Origin: an uncultured delta proteobacterium
Lineage (GTDB): Bacteria; Desulfobacterota; Binatia; UBA9968
NCBI GenBank assembly: GCA_963804165.1
Contig: CAWDPO010000034.1
Location: 99,689-163,688, forward strand
Direction: 5' to 3'
DNA: 64,000 nucleotides
The translations under genes were made by a program, and so were the position numbers. This document shows, piece after piece, positions 62,632 through 64,000 of this stretch. How positions within the stretch are numbered: the first letter of the stretch is position 1; each line of letters starts with the position of its first letter. The notes under the pieces were generated by a model that saw nothing but the letters and a program-made list of their open reading frames with translations, ran no database searches and had not been told where the DNA came from.

Positions 62632-63010
62632 CTAATGACAGATAGCGAGGTCCTTATATCTTACCGCTGATTTTGCGCCGCCCGGGACCGCATCGAGGTC
62701 CAGCGGCACGGCAGTCGCGCATGTGCCATACTAGACGCTAACGTTCTATGAATATGAACTGACGCCTACAACCGACAGCAAATAAAGTCAATACTTATGG
62801 CGACGCATTCTCCACAAAGCGGTGTCGTGGCTAGCCGCGTGAATGAAATCGTGGGGCCCGTTGCGCGAGCGCGGGAAAGACTTGGGGTCACCCATTAGAA
62901 GGCAGTTACAAGAGGCAAAGACATTCCTGTGAAATAAATTTCTTTATTTCTTTTCCGCTCAACCCGCTTGGTCCGTGATCGTTAGTTACGCGTCCCTGGG
63001 TAAAAGCTAT

Positions 63011-64000
63011 GGGGTCAGACTTTTATAAGTTGACTGTCTTGGGAGGTCTTGATAAGGAGTTGCATGATGGCGCGCCGTCCACGACTATTTGCCGCGGGGG
63101 TTCTCTATCATGTGATTGTACACGGCAACCAGCGGCAGAAGACCTTCACTGCGGAAAGTGATTATCACGCCTATATTGAACGGCTGGCACGGTACCGCAA
63201 GAAATATGACTATGTGTTGCACGCCTACTGCCTGATGCCCAACCATGTCCATCTGCTCGTTGAAAGCTCCGAACAGCCACTGGCGAAATTCATGCAAGGG
63301 CTGCAACAATCCTACAGCCAATATTTCAATCGTAAACATCGCAAGACCGGACACGTGTTTGAAGGGCGCTACAAAGCAATCCTTTGCCAGAAAGACCAGT
63401 ATCTCCTTCAGCTGATCCGTTATATTCATCTCAACCCGGTGCGCGCCTGCATGGTCAGAAGTCCGGAGCGCTATCGTTACTCGGGTGATCACGTTTATCT
63501 GCAGGGGAAGGCTACGGAAATGATAGATCCGGCGACCGTTCTATCGATGTTGGGAGGGAAACAGGCCTATCGAAGGTTTGTACAAGACGGTTTGAGCGAA
63601 GGGCATAAGGAGGAATACTACGCGGTGGAGGACCAAAGATTTCTAGGCGCCGAAGGGTTCGGAGAAAGGTTGCTGAAGAAGGAACCGGGTTTGTCGGGCA
63701 AAAAGCTGACCCGGCGGTCCATCGAGACGGTGGCGAGAGAGCTGGCGAAGCTATTGAAAATTGATGTCCAAGCGCTGCGTAGTCGGGATCGGGGTTGGGC
63801 GATATCGAAAGCGCGCACGATAGCGGCGTACGTATTGGTTCGGAGACTTGGCTATCGGTTAAGCGATGTGGCGGCCTATTTTGGCAGAGACATGGCGACA
63901 CTCGCGACCTTGCTCGCACGGCTGAGCGATCGGATGCAAGCAAATGATACGGCCAGACGGGAGATCGAGCGACTGAGCAAGATAGTTGAGTCGTAGAAGT
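63011..64000 (+). mobile_element. RAYT element copy B (right end cut by window edge)
   Basis: Starts ggggtcagacttttataag; near-identical to copy A; ends tagaagt. Confidence 0.85.
63067..63996 (+). CDS. REP-associated tyrosine transposase (Y1 HUH)
   Basis: Differs from copy A at only a few residues. Confidence 0.92.
   Translation: MARRPRLFAAGVLYHVIVHGNQRQKTFTAESDYHAYIERLARYRKKYDYVLHAYCLMPNHVHLLVESSEQPLAKFMQGLQQSYSQYFNRKHRKTGHVFEGRYKAILCQKDQYLLQLIRYIHLNPVRACMVRSPERYRYSGDHVYLQGKATEMIDPATVLSMLGGKQAYRRFVQDGLSEGHKEEYYAVEDQRFLGAEGFGERLLKKEPGLSGKKLTRRSIETVARELAKLLKIDVQALRSRDRGWAISKARTIAAYVLVRRLGYRLSDVAAYFGRDMATLATLLARLSDRMQANDTARREIERLSKIVES

Overview
GC-rich bacterial chromosomal window. The gene repertoire (NitT/TauT and Bug/TTT solute-binding proteins, amidohydrolases, F420/PPOX protein) suggests a Deltaproteobacteria/Candidatus Binatia-like organism, which is inference only. 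The first ~12 kb is ordinary metabolic and transport genes. From ~12.5 kb onward it is a mosaic of 1-3-gene blocks of unrelated accessory genes (VOC/glyoxalases, toxin-antitoxin genes, chromate transporter, cupin, lipoproteins, pseudogenes). The blocks are separated by >20 copies of a composite intergenic element: tandem GTTCAA(N) repeats, often followed by a 32-bp covarying palindrome, TTCCACGTTTCG-GGAATTCT-CGAAACGTCGAA. Hairpin-bearing copies point + up to ~39.2 kb and - after it, and several sit at gene breakpoints. Mobile elements: two near-identical IS110/IS1111 copies inserted at the same position of a REP-like element (an empty copy of the target is also present), one IS701, several MITEs, and three REP-associated tyrosine (HUH/Y1) transposases. 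Two of the latter are near-identical, bounded by 15-bp inverted repeats, and flank fur-katG like a composite transposon. No rRNA, tRNA or CRISPR array was seen. Product calls come from recognisable motifs only; no searches were run.
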